A stretch of DNA of 63,778 nt, counting the filler, from Chiloscyllium plagiosum (lineage: Eukaryota), in assembly GCF_004010195.1 (NCBI RefSeq). It is 4 parts of one record of this genome, joined end to end, with 100 filler letters (N's around TTAATTAATTAA, not from the genome) between each part and the next. Parts side by side here need not be neighbours in the genome. Positions count along the whole stretch, not along the records: positions 39,047 to 56,290 come from NC_057714.1; positions 56,391 to 63,778 come from NC_057714.1; 2 more parts are not named here. The stretch is one strand, 5' to 3'. Below are positions 50,990-62,574 of the stretch, piece after piece. The notes beneath the pieces were generated by a model. It was not told the origin of the DNA and ran no database searches. It worked only from the letters and a program-made list of their open reading frames with translations. Position numbers and translations under genes: made by a program. Within the stretch, counting starts at the first letter, position 1. Every line of letters begins with the position of its first letter.

Positions 50990-52630
50990 AGGAGGCTCCA
51001 TAATATTCTAATCCCCAATAATGGAAGAGCCCAACAAGAGATAAAGCTGAAGTATTCACAACAGACTTCAGCCTGAAGTGCTAAGTGGATGACCCAGTGG
51101 ACCCTAGCATCACAGATGCTAGTCTTCAATCAATTTGGTTCATTCCATGTGATATCAATAAATTTCTGGAGGCACTGGATGCTGCAAAAGCTACTGGCCC
51201 TGACAATATTGCTGTAATAATACTGAAAAGCTGTGCTGCAGACTTTGTCATGCTGTTCCACTGCAGCGACAACACTAGTATCCACCTGAAAGTTGCCCAG
51301 GTATGCCCTGTACACAAAAAGTAAGTCAAATTTAACCCAGCCAATTACCACCCCATCAGTCTACTCTCAATCATCGTTAAAGTGATGGAAGGTGTCATCA
51401 ACAGTGCTATCAAACAGCACCTACTTAGCAATAGCCTGCTCATTGACATCCAGTTTGGGTTCCACCAGGGCCATTCAGCTCCTGACCTCATTACAGCATT
51501 GGTTCAAATATGGACCGAGAGTACCAGCCCTTGACATCAAGGCCACATTCAATCGAGTGTGATGTCAAGGAGCCTTAGCAAAACTGGAATCAATAGAAAT
51601 CAGTGAAAACTCTGTTGGTTAGAATCATATAGCACCACAGGATAATAGTTGTGGTTACTGGAGGTCAATCATCTCAGTTCCAGAACATCTTTGCAGAAGG
51701 TACTCATGGTGGTATCCCTGGCCCAACCATTTTCAGCTGCTTCATTATTGACCCTCCCACTATCAAAGGTCAGAAGTGGGAATTTTTGTGGATGATTGCA
51801 CATTGTTCAGCACCATTCTCAAGACCTCAGATATTGAAGCAATCCATGTTCAAATGCAACAAGAACTGGACAATACCTAGGCTTGGCTGACAAATGGCAA
51901 GTAACATTCATGCAACACAAATGTCCGGCAATGACTATTTCCAATAAGAGACTATTTAAACATAGATGGTTGCATTCAAGGCATTACCATCACTAAATCC
52001 TCCACTATCAACAGCCGGGGGTTACTTTTCTTCAGAAACTCAATTAAGCTCACCATACAAATACTGTAGCAACAGGGTCAGGTCAGAAGCTGGGATTAGT
52101 GTAATGAGTAACTCACTTCCTGATTCCCCAAAGCCTGTCCATCATTTACAAGGTGCATGTTAGGAGTGTGATGATATAGTCCTCACTTGCCTGGATGAGT
52201 GCAGTCCAACAACACTCAAGAAGCTTAACGAGATCCAGGATGAAGCATCTGCTTGATTGGCACTACATCTACAAGTATCCGCTCCTTCCACCACTGACCA
52301 TCAGTAACAGCAGTGTACACAATCTACAAGATGCAGTGCAAAGATCCTTAAACAGCACCTTCCATACCCATGGCCACTCCCTCTAGAAGGGTAAAGGTAT
52401 GGAAACACCACCACCTGCAAGTTCCCCACCAAGTCATTCAATATCTTCAATTGGAAATATATCACTGCTCCTTCACAGAATCCTGGAATTCCCTCCCTAA
52501 CGGGTTTATGGGTCATCCTATAACACATGGAGTGCAGTGGTTCAAAAAGGCAGCTCACCACCACCTTCTCAGGGGCAACGAGAGATGGGCAATAAATGAT
52601 GGCTAGTCCCCAACATCCATATCCCACAAG
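50990..52630 (+). mobile_element. Decayed CR1/L2-group LINE RT to 3' end
   Basis: KATGPDNI, NPANYHPISLLSII.KVME, QFGF and ALDIKATF; 3' tail shared with the SINE at 55160-55455. Confidence 0.8.
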
Positions 52631-53875
52631 AAAATAAAAAAAACTTTGTCTTCTGTCTCTTGGGTTTTGTACATACTCCCATTAGTACGATTATTCCTTT
52701 TCATTTTTCAGTTCAGCTTATATTGCCTTGTTTAACATTATTTCTATCATTAAATCTATTCTTGTTTCTTTATTCAATACTATGACTCTTCCTTTGATTT
52801 TATCCACTTCTTTAGCACATTTAAAAACCTTGTAACTAAGAATATTGAGCTGTCATTCCTGCTATTCTTTCAGTCATGTCTCAGTTTTAGCTATAAAATT
52901 GTAATCCCATGTGCCAATCGGTGCTGCCAGCTCATCTGTTTTATTCCTCAGATTTCTTACATTGAAGTGTAAAACCAATTAGCACTGTTGAACCCCCTTG
53001 TCTATTTCCTTTACTTTCTCTGCCTATCAAAGGGGTTTGATGATTTTCTACCTTTCATTTCCAACCTTTCTTGTCTCCTTTCTGAAACTGCTCTCAGCTT
53101 CCCACCCCACTGCTAAACCAGTTTAAATTCTTCCCATCAGCATTAACAAAACCCTTTGTGAAGATATTGGTCCACACTCTGTTGAGATGCAACCTATCTA
53201 GCTTGTTTCACCTGCCCCAGATATAGTTCCTGTGTTTCAGCATTTTGAAGCTATCCATCCTGCACTTTCTCTCTAGCCACATATTCATCAGTTTTGTTTT
53301 CTTATTTCTGTACATGAATTATCTGCAACAAGAAAGCATCGAACTATGTCCCCTCAGCATTGCCATTTTGACTTCCCTTGCATCAAAATAGTTCAGGTGA
53401 TCCTTAATGCAAATCATGTGGCTACAAGGGTGGGATAGAGGTTCAGTATTCTGCAAGAAGTAATTCAACTCTGGATTCCCTATAAGGGACAAATCAGAAG
53501 TGTGATGAAACATTCTTCACTTGCCTGGAAAAATGTGGCTCCTACAACACTCAAAAAGCTTGTCATTATCCAGGATAGAACAGCCCACTTAAGAGGTACC
53601 CAGTGAGTGCACTAAACATTTGCATCAGCTACCACTGATGCAGAGGTGTATACCATATACTGTCATTTTGATTCTTTTGTATTTTTCCCACAATGTTTTT
53701 CTTTTAGAAAACTTGCATATCTGCTATTGTGCAAAAAAAAAATAATGCTGAAAAAGGTGATGAACAAGCATGATTAAGAAGGCATGCTTTCTAAGAAATC
53801 ACAGTATTGTAGAATAAAAAAGTAATACAGAATAAAACTATAAGATATGATTTTGATTTTTATTTTCTCTTATAG

Positions 53876-54042
53876 GTGTGATGTCTCTTTTGAGGCCCCT
53901 CTTACTGGATGTGGTTCCAAACATTCAGCAGACGGCAGCTTTGGCACTGGGACGTCTAGCTAATTACAATGATGATCTGGCTGAGGCTGTTGTTAAGGGA
54001 GACATTCTTCCGCAGCTTGTGTATTCATTGGCAGAACAAAAT
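53876..54042 (+). CDS. SPAG6: SPAG6 (sperm-associated antigen 6 / PF16 orthologue) internal coding exon, equivalent to exon 3; 167 bp, phase 1 to phase 0
   Basis: Translates to (G)VMSLLRPLLLDVVPNIQQTAALALGRLANYNDDLAEAVVKGDILPQLVYSLAEQN, which I recognise as SPAG6 armadillo repeats. Acceptor ttttctcttatag ends at 53875; donor gtaaga at 54043. Confidence 0.96.
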
Positions 54043-55159
54043 GTAAGACATATTTCCTTTATACAGAAACAAAAAAAGAGAGAAAATTTGCATTATCATA
54101 AAAGTAGTGCTCTACTCCTCAGAAGAATTAAAGTATTTATTAAAATAAATGCCATGTGATTAAATTCCAACTGTGAGCTAGTCTTGTATATTTTTTTTCC
54201 CCTACTGAAGGGATCCGTTTAAAACAGCATAAATTGGCTGCACTGAAGAGGCTTTGCACATTGTTTTTTTATTATGTCAGGCAGCTGTGAGACAGTGGTT
54301 AGCTAGGATCATTGAGGGCACCAGCAGATTAGCGCAGGGTCACAAAAGGCCTATCATACTTTACAGACTGAGGGCAAGTGAAGGAAGCTAATTAGCCAGT
54401 TCATGTAGAGTTTAGCTGCACATGCAAGCAATCTGTTTGTCCCTTGGGCAAAACTATCTTCCTGACTTTAAAGTTGGTGAGTATAGTGATGACACATTGT
54501 TTCAAAACTGTTTAGAGAAAAATCCTATTAAATTTCCATCTTGATGCATTTCAAACAAAAACTAATAACTTTTCTTAAAAGGCAAGGGATACACAGTGTA
54601 CATTAAAGTAAACTGATAATTTATGTATGGATCCTAAATGGTTTATGGAAGTTAACTTCCAGATAATGAATATGGTGATTCACATTTTGATGCTGCTCAT
54701 TGTTATTTCTGGTCACATCTTGAAAGCTCTAGTTATTTAATCTTGTCATACTGTGGTTTTTGTGTTGAATTATATAAGGAAACTAAATTTAATGAACAGA
54801 ACATTTATTATTTATCTGCTCTTTTTTATTCAGAGCTGCCACATTGGTAGACTCTCAAAGCTTATGCTGCAGCAGATAACCTATCAGCTACAATCCAGGA
54901 TTTTGCAAAGTAATTTTCATTTAGTCATGTTCATCTTTATATTTTTAACAAAGTAGAAATGATGGATGAATATAGTATAATTACATTAATAGTTGTGCTG
55001 GTGTCTGGCCTGTACAAGCTTGGTAAAACAGGTGTGCTATTTTATTAGGACAAAATTGCCCTGTTAATGAACGTTGTTAAAGATATTGATGTTTTTAGAT
55101 ATTGTGAAAAGCCATTCATATCCAAAATATATTTGTGTTATGGAATGCTGTAGTGAACA

Positions 55160-55455
55160 GGGGAGATACTGGTACAATGGAAATGTCACAAAGGTATGGA
55201 CCATGTTCAAATCCCACTATGACTCCTGGTTGAATTTAAATTCAATGAATGAATAAAATCTGGAATTGAAAGCTATCATCATCAATTGCTGTAAAAACCT
55301 ATTTGCTTCATCATTGCCCCCTGCAAAAGAAAATCTGCTTTCTGGCCCACATATGATTCTTAACTGCCCTCTGAGAAAGCCACTTGGCTTAGTGGATGGG
55401 CAACGAATGTTTGCCTTGCCAGTGATGTCCACATCCCATGAAAGATTAAAAGAAA
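55160..55455 (+). mobile_element. SacSINE1-like DeuSINE in the SPAG6 intron, about 70 bp before the exon-4 acceptor
   Basis: tRNA-like head (ttcaaatccc), gaatttaaattcaat...aaatctggaatt body and tail gatgggcaa...gccttgccagtgatgtccacatcccatgaa. Confidence 0.65.
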
Positions 55456-55526
55456 CGTGAAAGTATTAAGTAGTGCAAAGCTTTATCTGTATAAACAGAA
55501 TACCAAATACTTTTATTTTTATAAAG

Positions 55527-55710
55527 CGTTTCTACAAGAAAGCGGCAGCCTTTGTGTTGAGAGCTGTAGCCAAACACTCTCCTCAATTAGCCCAAGCAGT
55601 GGTGGATTGTGGGGCCCTGGATGCACTGGTGATCTGCCTGGAAGAGTTTGATCCTGGAGTCAAGGAAGCAGCAGCTTGGGCATTGGGATATGTTGCACGT
55701 CACAATGCAG
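55527..55710 (+). CDS. SPAG6: SPAG6 internal coding exon, equivalent to exon 4; 184 bp, phase 0 to phase 1
   Basis: Translates to RFYKKAAAFVLRAVAKHSPQLAQAVVDCGALDALVICLEEFDPGVKEAAAWALGYVARHNA and continues the previous exon in frame. Acceptor ttttatttttataaag; donor gtgagg at 55711. Confidence 0.96.
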
Positions 55711-55897
55711 GTGAGGAATATTTGGACCTGGCTATCTGCTGAATTTCACATTTTAATGCAGTTAATCCTTGTGAACAGTTATGTTCAATTTCCATGGCAA
55801 CACAAACACAAAAGAAGCCTGCTTGTGGAGTGCTACTAAAAATGATATTCTGTAACATTGCAGGTTAGACCTGATGAACTTGTCCTATGTTTGACTT

Positions 55898-56290
55898 GGT
55901 AAAAACAATGACTGCAGATGCTGGAAACCAGATTCTGGATTAGTGGTGCTGGAAGACCACCACAGCAGTTCAGGCAGCATCCAAGGAGCTTCGAAATCGA
56001 CGTTTCGGGCAAAAGCCCTTCATCAGGAATAAAGGCAGTGAGGCTGGAGCGTGGAGAGATAAGCTAGAGGAGGGTGAGGGTGGGGAGAAAGTAGCATAGA
56101 GTACAATGGGTGAGTGGGGGAGGGGATGAAGGTGATAGGTTAGGAAGGAGAGGGTGGAGTGGATAGGTGGAAAAGGAGGTCGGCAGGTAGGACAAGTCCG
56201 GAAAAGTCATGGAGACAGTGCTGAGCTGCAAGTTTAGAACTAGGGTGAGGTGGGGGAAGGGGAAATGAGGAAACTGTTGAAGTCCACATT
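55898..56290 (-). mobile_element. Young PLE 3' end/pLTR with an intact hammerhead core (55999-56026), ending at a gap
   Basis: Reverse complement CTGATGAAGGGCTTTTGCCCGAAACGTC; NVDFNSFLISP-like GIY-YIG terminus next to the gap. Confidence 0.88.
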
Positions 56291-56390
56291 NNNNNNNNNN
56301 NNNNNNNNNNNNNNNNNNNNNNNNNNNNNNNNNNTTAATTAATTAANNNNNNNNNNNNNNNNNNNNNNNNNNNNNNNNNNNNNNNNNNNN

Positions 56391-57740
56391 CCTATTTCAC
56401 TCAACCTTACAGCATGGTCCCTTTCTGAGTTTTCTGCCTCATTGATACAGTTGTCTTTCTTGACTTCCCTTGTTCTAACTTTCCCTTCAATTTCCTTCTT
56501 AAACATCCAGTTTGTCCCCTCCCCCCCGCTACTTAGTTTAAACGTAGCTGTGTTGCAGTAGCAAACCTGCCTGCCAGAATGCTGGTCCCTAACCTACTAA
56601 GGTGCAAACTGTCTCTCTTGTAGAATTTATGCTTCCCACAAAACATACCCCAGTGATCCAAGAAATTAAATCCTTGCTTCCTGCACCAGCCACACGTTCA
56701 AGTCCATTATCTCCCTGTTTCTAGCCTCACCAGCCTGAGGAACTGGAAGCAAACCAGAGATAACCACCTTGGACGTCCTGCTTTTCAGCCTTCTTTCTAG
56801 TTCTCTGAACTCCCGCTGTAATATGTTCCTCCTCTTCTTCCTGACATCATTTGTGCCGACATGTACCACCACCTCTGGCTCTTCACCTTCGTCCTTGAGG
56901 ATTTCCTGCACTTTGTCTGTGATGTCTTTAACCCTGGCACCAGGAAGGCAACACACCATCCTTAAGTCCTGTCTGCTGCCACAAAAACCCCGGTCAGTTC
57001 CTCTCACTATGGAGTCCCCTCTTACCACAGCTCTGTGCGATGTCCGACTCTTCCGCTCTGTCTCCACGCCAACTTTTGATTGACAGACCTGGCCGCCTCG
57101 TGGACTGGCAGTGTCATCTGTCTCGACTGTTTCCAAAAGATTCAACTTGTTCCTGACAGGTACTTCCCCCGGGGTCTCTTGCACCTGTCTCCTCTTTGCC
57201 TTCCTCATTGTCTGCTCTCTTCTGGTACGATCGGTGTAATAACCTCGCTGAAGGTCTTGTCCAGAAAGATCTCATTCTCTCGGATGAGCCTAAGGTCCTC
57301 GAGTTCTTTCATCAGTGCTGCAATATGCTCTGTCAGTAGCTGAACGTGCACACACTTTCCACACTTATACGAGCCAGACACACCAGAGTCGTTGACCTCG
57401 CACATCAAGCACGTAGCACACTGAACCAGCTTGGCAGTCATGTCTTCACCCTCTTCAACTGTGGCGTAATCACTTCACTCAACCTCCTTGTCAAAGACTC
57501 CTGAGCTAAAGCCTCACTCTTCAATCCACATGAACTTCCTTGAACCGTCTTTTTGGGGCAAGTCTGTGGACTTTTAATTTAGGTTAGAGGAGGAGGGAGG
57601 GAGGGAGGCCCTTCTTTGTAGGACCTGGGGTCTAGAACACACCCACTCAAATAACAATCACTTACCTTCCCGACCGGCTTTGCGGTCTGCCTTCACTTCC
57701 GCCCAGCTCCTGCCGCTCTCTGATGCAGAAAGGTGAATGT
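56391..57740 (-). mobile_element. CR1 LINE 5' UTR plus ORF1 (CxxC..CxxC zinc finger, coiled coil, SGNH esterase), frameshifted near 57207
   Basis: MTAKLVQCATCLM...YKCGKC...LMKELEDLRLIRENE, then VRGDSIVRG...CCLPGA...VVVHVGTND...ISGLLP in a different frame. Confidence 0.9.
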
Positions 57741-57768
57741 AAGACAAGGACAGGCATTTAGATATAGG

Positions 57769-57962
57769 TAAAAACAATGACTGCAGATGCTGGAAACCAG
57801 ATTCTGGATTAGTGGTGCTGGAAGAGCACAGCAGTTCAGGCAGCATCCGAGGACCAGCAAAATCGACGTTTCGGGCAAAAGCCCTTCGCCCGAAACGTCG
57901 ATTTTGCTGCTCCTCGGATGCTGCCTGAACTGCTGTGCTCTTCCAGCACCACTAATCCAAAG
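57769..57962. mobile_element. About 194-bp fold-back mini-PLE with a 12-bp target-site duplication
   Basis: Arms 57805-57876 and 57888-57959 are complementary at 71 of 72 positions; TTTAGATATAGG at 57757-57768 and 57963-57974. Confidence 0.9.
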
Positions 57963-58049
57963 TTTAGATATAGGACACAAATCATCCAAGATTTCAATGA
58001 ATGGTGGAACAGGCTTGAGGGGCTGAATGGCCTGCTCCTGTTCCTATGT

Positions 58050-60125
58050 CCCCATGTTAAGTAAGTGGGCAAAAGCTTGTCCATTGGAAAAGAATGTAGG
58101 GAACATAGAACATAGAAAATGTGAGGTTATCCGCTTTAGCAGGAAGAATATGGGAACTGAATATTATTAAATGGATAAAAGACTGCAAACAACTGTGGAA
58201 CAGATGCATTTGTGAGTCCTTGTCCATGAATCCAAAGAGCTAGTATACAAGTTCAATGGGTAGTAGGGAAGATAAAAGGAATGTCGCCCTTTTATTCAAA
58301 GGGAATGGAGTATTTTGTTATGGAATTTTTGCTTAAACTATACAAGGCCACTAGCCAGGCCATAGTTGGAATACTGTGAACTGTGTTTTGGGTCTCTTTT
58401 TTAAATAAAAATATATTGGTACATGACACAAAGCTGGATAGGAGTGTGAACTTTGAGGAGGATGCAGAGATTCTTCAGTGTGATTTGGAAAAGTTAGCAG
58501 AGTGAGAAAATTCTTGACAAATGAACTACATTGTGGATATATGCGAGGTTATCCACTTTCCTGGCAAATGCAGAAAACCAGATTATTATCTGAATGATGA
58601 TATATTAGATTAGATTACTTACAGTGTGGAAAGAGGCCCTTCGGCCCAACAAGTCCACACCGACCCGCCGAAGCGTAACCCACCCAGACCCATTCTCCTA
58701 CATTTACCCCTTCACCTAACACTACGGGCAACTTAGCATGGCCAATTCACCTAACCTGCACATTTTTGGATTGTGGGAGGAAACCGGAGTACCCGGAGGA
58801 AACCCACGCAGACACGGGGAGAATGTGCAAACGCCACACAGTCAGTCGCCTGAGGCGGGAATTGAACCCGAGTCTCTGGCGCTGTGAGGCAGCAGTGCTA
58901 ACCACTGTGCCACCGTGCCACCCACAAAAGGGGAATGTGCAATGAGATCTAGGTGTACATTAGTTCCTGAAAATAAGCAGGCAAGTGCAGTAGGTGTTGA
59001 AGAAGGCAAAAGGTTTATTGGCCTTCATGGTGATAGGATTCAAATACAGGAGGAGAGATATCTTGCTGCAGTTAGTTATACAGGGCCTTGGTGAGATCAC
59101 AAATGGAATATTCATGTGCAGTTTTGATCTTCTTATCTGAAGAAGGATTTTTCTGGCTATGGTAAACGAAGGTTTACCTGGCTGACTCCTGGGATGGCAG
59201 GGCTGAAGTATGAAGACAGACTAGATTGGTTAGGGCTACATTCACTGGACTTTTAAAGAATGAGGATGATCTCAGAAACGTATAAAACTGTAACAGGACT
59301 AGACAGGCTAAATGTAGGAAGGATGTTCTCAATAATGGGGGGAGTCCCGGACCAGGGGTCACAGTCTAAGAATATGTGTTAGAGTTGAGATGAGAACATT
59401 TTCACCCAGAGAGCAGTGAGCCTGTAGAATTCTGTCGCAGAAATTGTTTGAGGCCAAAACAATTAATGTTTTCAAGAAGGAGTTAAATCTTGTTCTTGGA
59501 TCTAAAGGTATGGGGAGAAGGTAGGAATGGGGTACTGAATTGGTTGATCAGCCATGGTCATATTGAATGGCGGAGGAGGCCTAAAGATCTGGATGGCCAG
59601 CTCCTAGTGTCTATTTTTCCAAAACATTGGAGCCAGTCCAGAGAAGGTTTACTAGCTTGATATGAGATAGGGAGGGGCTGTTTTATAAGCAGATGTTGAG
59701 TAGGTTGGACTTGTATTTGTTGAAATTTCAAAGAATGAGAGGTGACCTTACTAAACCATACAAGGTTCTTCGGAAACTTGGCAGGGCAGCTGTAGTAGAG
59801 TTGGTTCCTTTAGTAGGAGAGTGTAGGACCAGAGGGCATAATCTTAGAATAAGGGGTCACACATTTAAGACAGAGATACGGAAGAGTTTCTTCTCTGAAG
59901 GTGGTGAATCTTTGGAATTCTTGACCGCAGAAGGCCTGGGTAATTTAGAATAGTCAAGGCTGAGACAGACAGATTTTTAATCTTTAAGGGAATCGATGGT
60001 TATGAGGAAGGGCAGGAAAGTGGAGTAGAGGATTATCAGATCAGCCATGATCTCATCGAATGGTAGAGCAGACTCAACAGGCTGTATGGCTTACTTCTGG
60101 TCCTTTCTGGTCTTATGGTCTTATA
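58050..60125 (+). mobile_element. Nested decayed CR1 3' fragments
   Basis: Repeated LY..LVR..LEY.VQF and RMRGDL...TRGH motifs. Confidence 0.75.
58605..58923 (-). mobile_element. Full-length young HE1/V-SINE
   Basis: Near reverse complement of 40241-40555. Confidence 0.92.
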
Positions 60126-60129
60126 ATAT

Positions 60130-61760
60130 TCTCGGTCTGGTCTGATGAGTACCTAGTATAATTTCAGCAAAACTTCCCTACTTTTATACTTCATTCTATA
60201 CTTTGAAATAAAGGCCAGCATTCCATTTGCCTTCCTTATTACCTGCTGAACTTGAATGCTAGCTTTTTGTGATTCATGGACCACAACCCCCAAATCCATC
60301 TGTGCTGCAGCTTTATGCAATCTTTTTCCAATTAACTAATATGCAGCACCTCTATTCTTCCTTCCAAATTGCATTACCTCATATTTTCCCACATTATATT
60401 CAATCTGCCAAGTTTTGCTCAACCTTTGAACCTGAAGATATCTCTTTGTACACTCTTTGTGTCAGTTTGCATTCCCACTTATTTTTGTGTCATCCTCAAA
60501 CCTGGCAATCGTACGTACATTTTCCCTGTCCAAGTCATTAACATATGTAGTTAGTAATTGTCCCAGCATTGATCTTTGTGGCACTGCACGAGTTGCAGTT
60601 TGCCATTCTGAGAGCGTGTATACCATCCCCCACTCCCCAACCCCCATTCCTTATTCTATTAGTTAGCCAATCTCTTATTTATATGCCCTGACACTATCCC
60701 CTCTCATCTTATTGAATAGCCTTATGTATGGCACTTTATTGAATGCCTTTTGAAAATCCAGATACTGTTAGTTCCACTTTACCTATGTTGATTATTTGAT
60801 CCTCAAAGAATTCTAATAAATTTGTCAGGCATAATTTTCCCTTTATGATAAATATTCTGCTCTGACGTTCTTTATAGTGGATTCTAATCTTTTCCCAATG
60901 GTAGATATTAAACAATTGTTACTTTTATTTTGTATTCCTGCCTTTTTGAATAAGGGTGTTATATTGGCCTCTGGCCAATCCTGTTGCACTCTTCAGTAAT
61001 CTAAGGATTATTGGAAGATTACTACCTGTGCATCCATTATCCCTGTAGCTATTTCCCTTTAATATCTTAGAATGCACCTCATGAGATCCAGAGGTCCTTT
61101 CAGCCTTTAACACCTTTCGCATCCCTTGTACTTTTTCTCTAATATTAGTCATTGCATTTATTTCGTCTCCTCCTTTTGCTCATTGATTAATTAGTAATTT
61201 TGGCATGCCATTAGTTTTTCATGTTATGAAGATGGATGCGAAGCGTTTATTCAACTCTGCTGCCATTAATAGTTCGTCATTATTATTTCCCCAACCTTAT
61301 TCTACCAGGGGCCAATGTTCACTTTGAGCACTTTCTTCCTTTTTTAGATATTTAAAGGAACTCTTACTTCTATTTTTATTTTACTTGCTAATTTGCCCTC
61401 AAAGCTTATTTTCTTGCTCTTTCTTTTTTGTCATCTTGTTTTGATCTTTAAAACTTTCCTAATCTTCTGGTTCATTATTGTCCTTTACCATAATGTGTGA
61501 GATTGCTTTCAGTTTGATATTATCCATAATTTTGTTTGTTCACCAGAGTTATTTTATCCCCTTCCTAGAATCTTTATTCCTCACCACGACAAGCTATTTT
61601 CTTAAGAGGCTGCCAATGTTCTTTCTACTGTCTTTTTTTGCTAAACTGATTTCCCAGTTCACTCCAACTGACTCTGTCCTTGTACTTCTAAAGTTAACCA
61701 TATTTAAATTGAGCACAGTTGTTTCTGTCCCACGTTTTTCACTCTGAAACTGAAAGCTAT
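60130..61760 (-). mobile_element. Decayed CR1 ORF2
   Basis: AVPQRSMLG, ARFEDDTKI and LDFQKAFNKV-like motifs on the minus strand. Confidence 0.75.
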
Positions 61761-62061
61761 TTTTAGGAAAAGAGAGAAGGTAAAGGTGGGACACCTGAAC
61801 CCATCTAAAGGAAATACTTTTGCTTTAAAGTCCATCAGTAATCACCAATCCTATTCTGATTAGGGAAAAGCAATCAACCACCTCTTTCCTTTTTGCTTGA
61901 GGTGATCAACCCTAGCACTCTATTGTAAGTCACATTCAGCTTTGTTGGCTACTTATATATTGCTCCCAATACAAAAAGTCTATCCAAGTGACAATGAAGA
62001 CCCAATTTCATTGGTTTCTTCGTTAAGCTGCTGTTTCTCTGGAACACTTGGAAACAAAACT

Positions 62062-62381
62062 GGGATGGCATGGTGGCTCAGTGGTTAGCGCCAGGGACCC
62101 GGGTTCAATTTCTGCGTCGGATCACTCTTTGTGTGGAGTTTACACATTCTCCCCATGTCTGCGTGGGTTTCCTCCAGGTGCTCTGATTTCCTCCCACAAT
62201 CCAAAGATGTTCAGGTCAGGTGAATTGGCCATGCTAAATTGCCCATAGTGTTAGGTGCATTAGTTAGGGTAGATATAGATTAGAGGAATGGATCTGAGTG
62301 GGTTACTCTTCAGAGGGCCGGTGCGGACTTGTTGGGCCAAAAGGGCCTGTTTCCATATTCTAGGGAATCTAATCTAATCTA
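62062..62381 (+). mobile_element. HE1/V-SINE
   Basis: Head, V-domain and (aatct) tail. Confidence 0.85.
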
Positions 62382-62574
62382 AAACCTCTACTTAAGGCTG
62401 CCAGCTGCAGAACTTAGATTTCAGTTTAATATTAACTTCAAACTACAAACAAGATTCAGCTAACTTATGTTTGTGCAAAATAAAGATTCGTACAGTTTTA
62501 CCTAATAAATGCACACACTTATTCCTAGACTGAACTGAATAGAGTGCAGTAACATTTATTGTGTTTTATTTAAT

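Noticed and set aside
53878..54159. ORF-track extension of the SPAG6 exon beyond AEQN (and upstream of RFYK at 55473-55526)
   Set aside because: Read-through into introns; homology stops exactly at the GT/AG sites.
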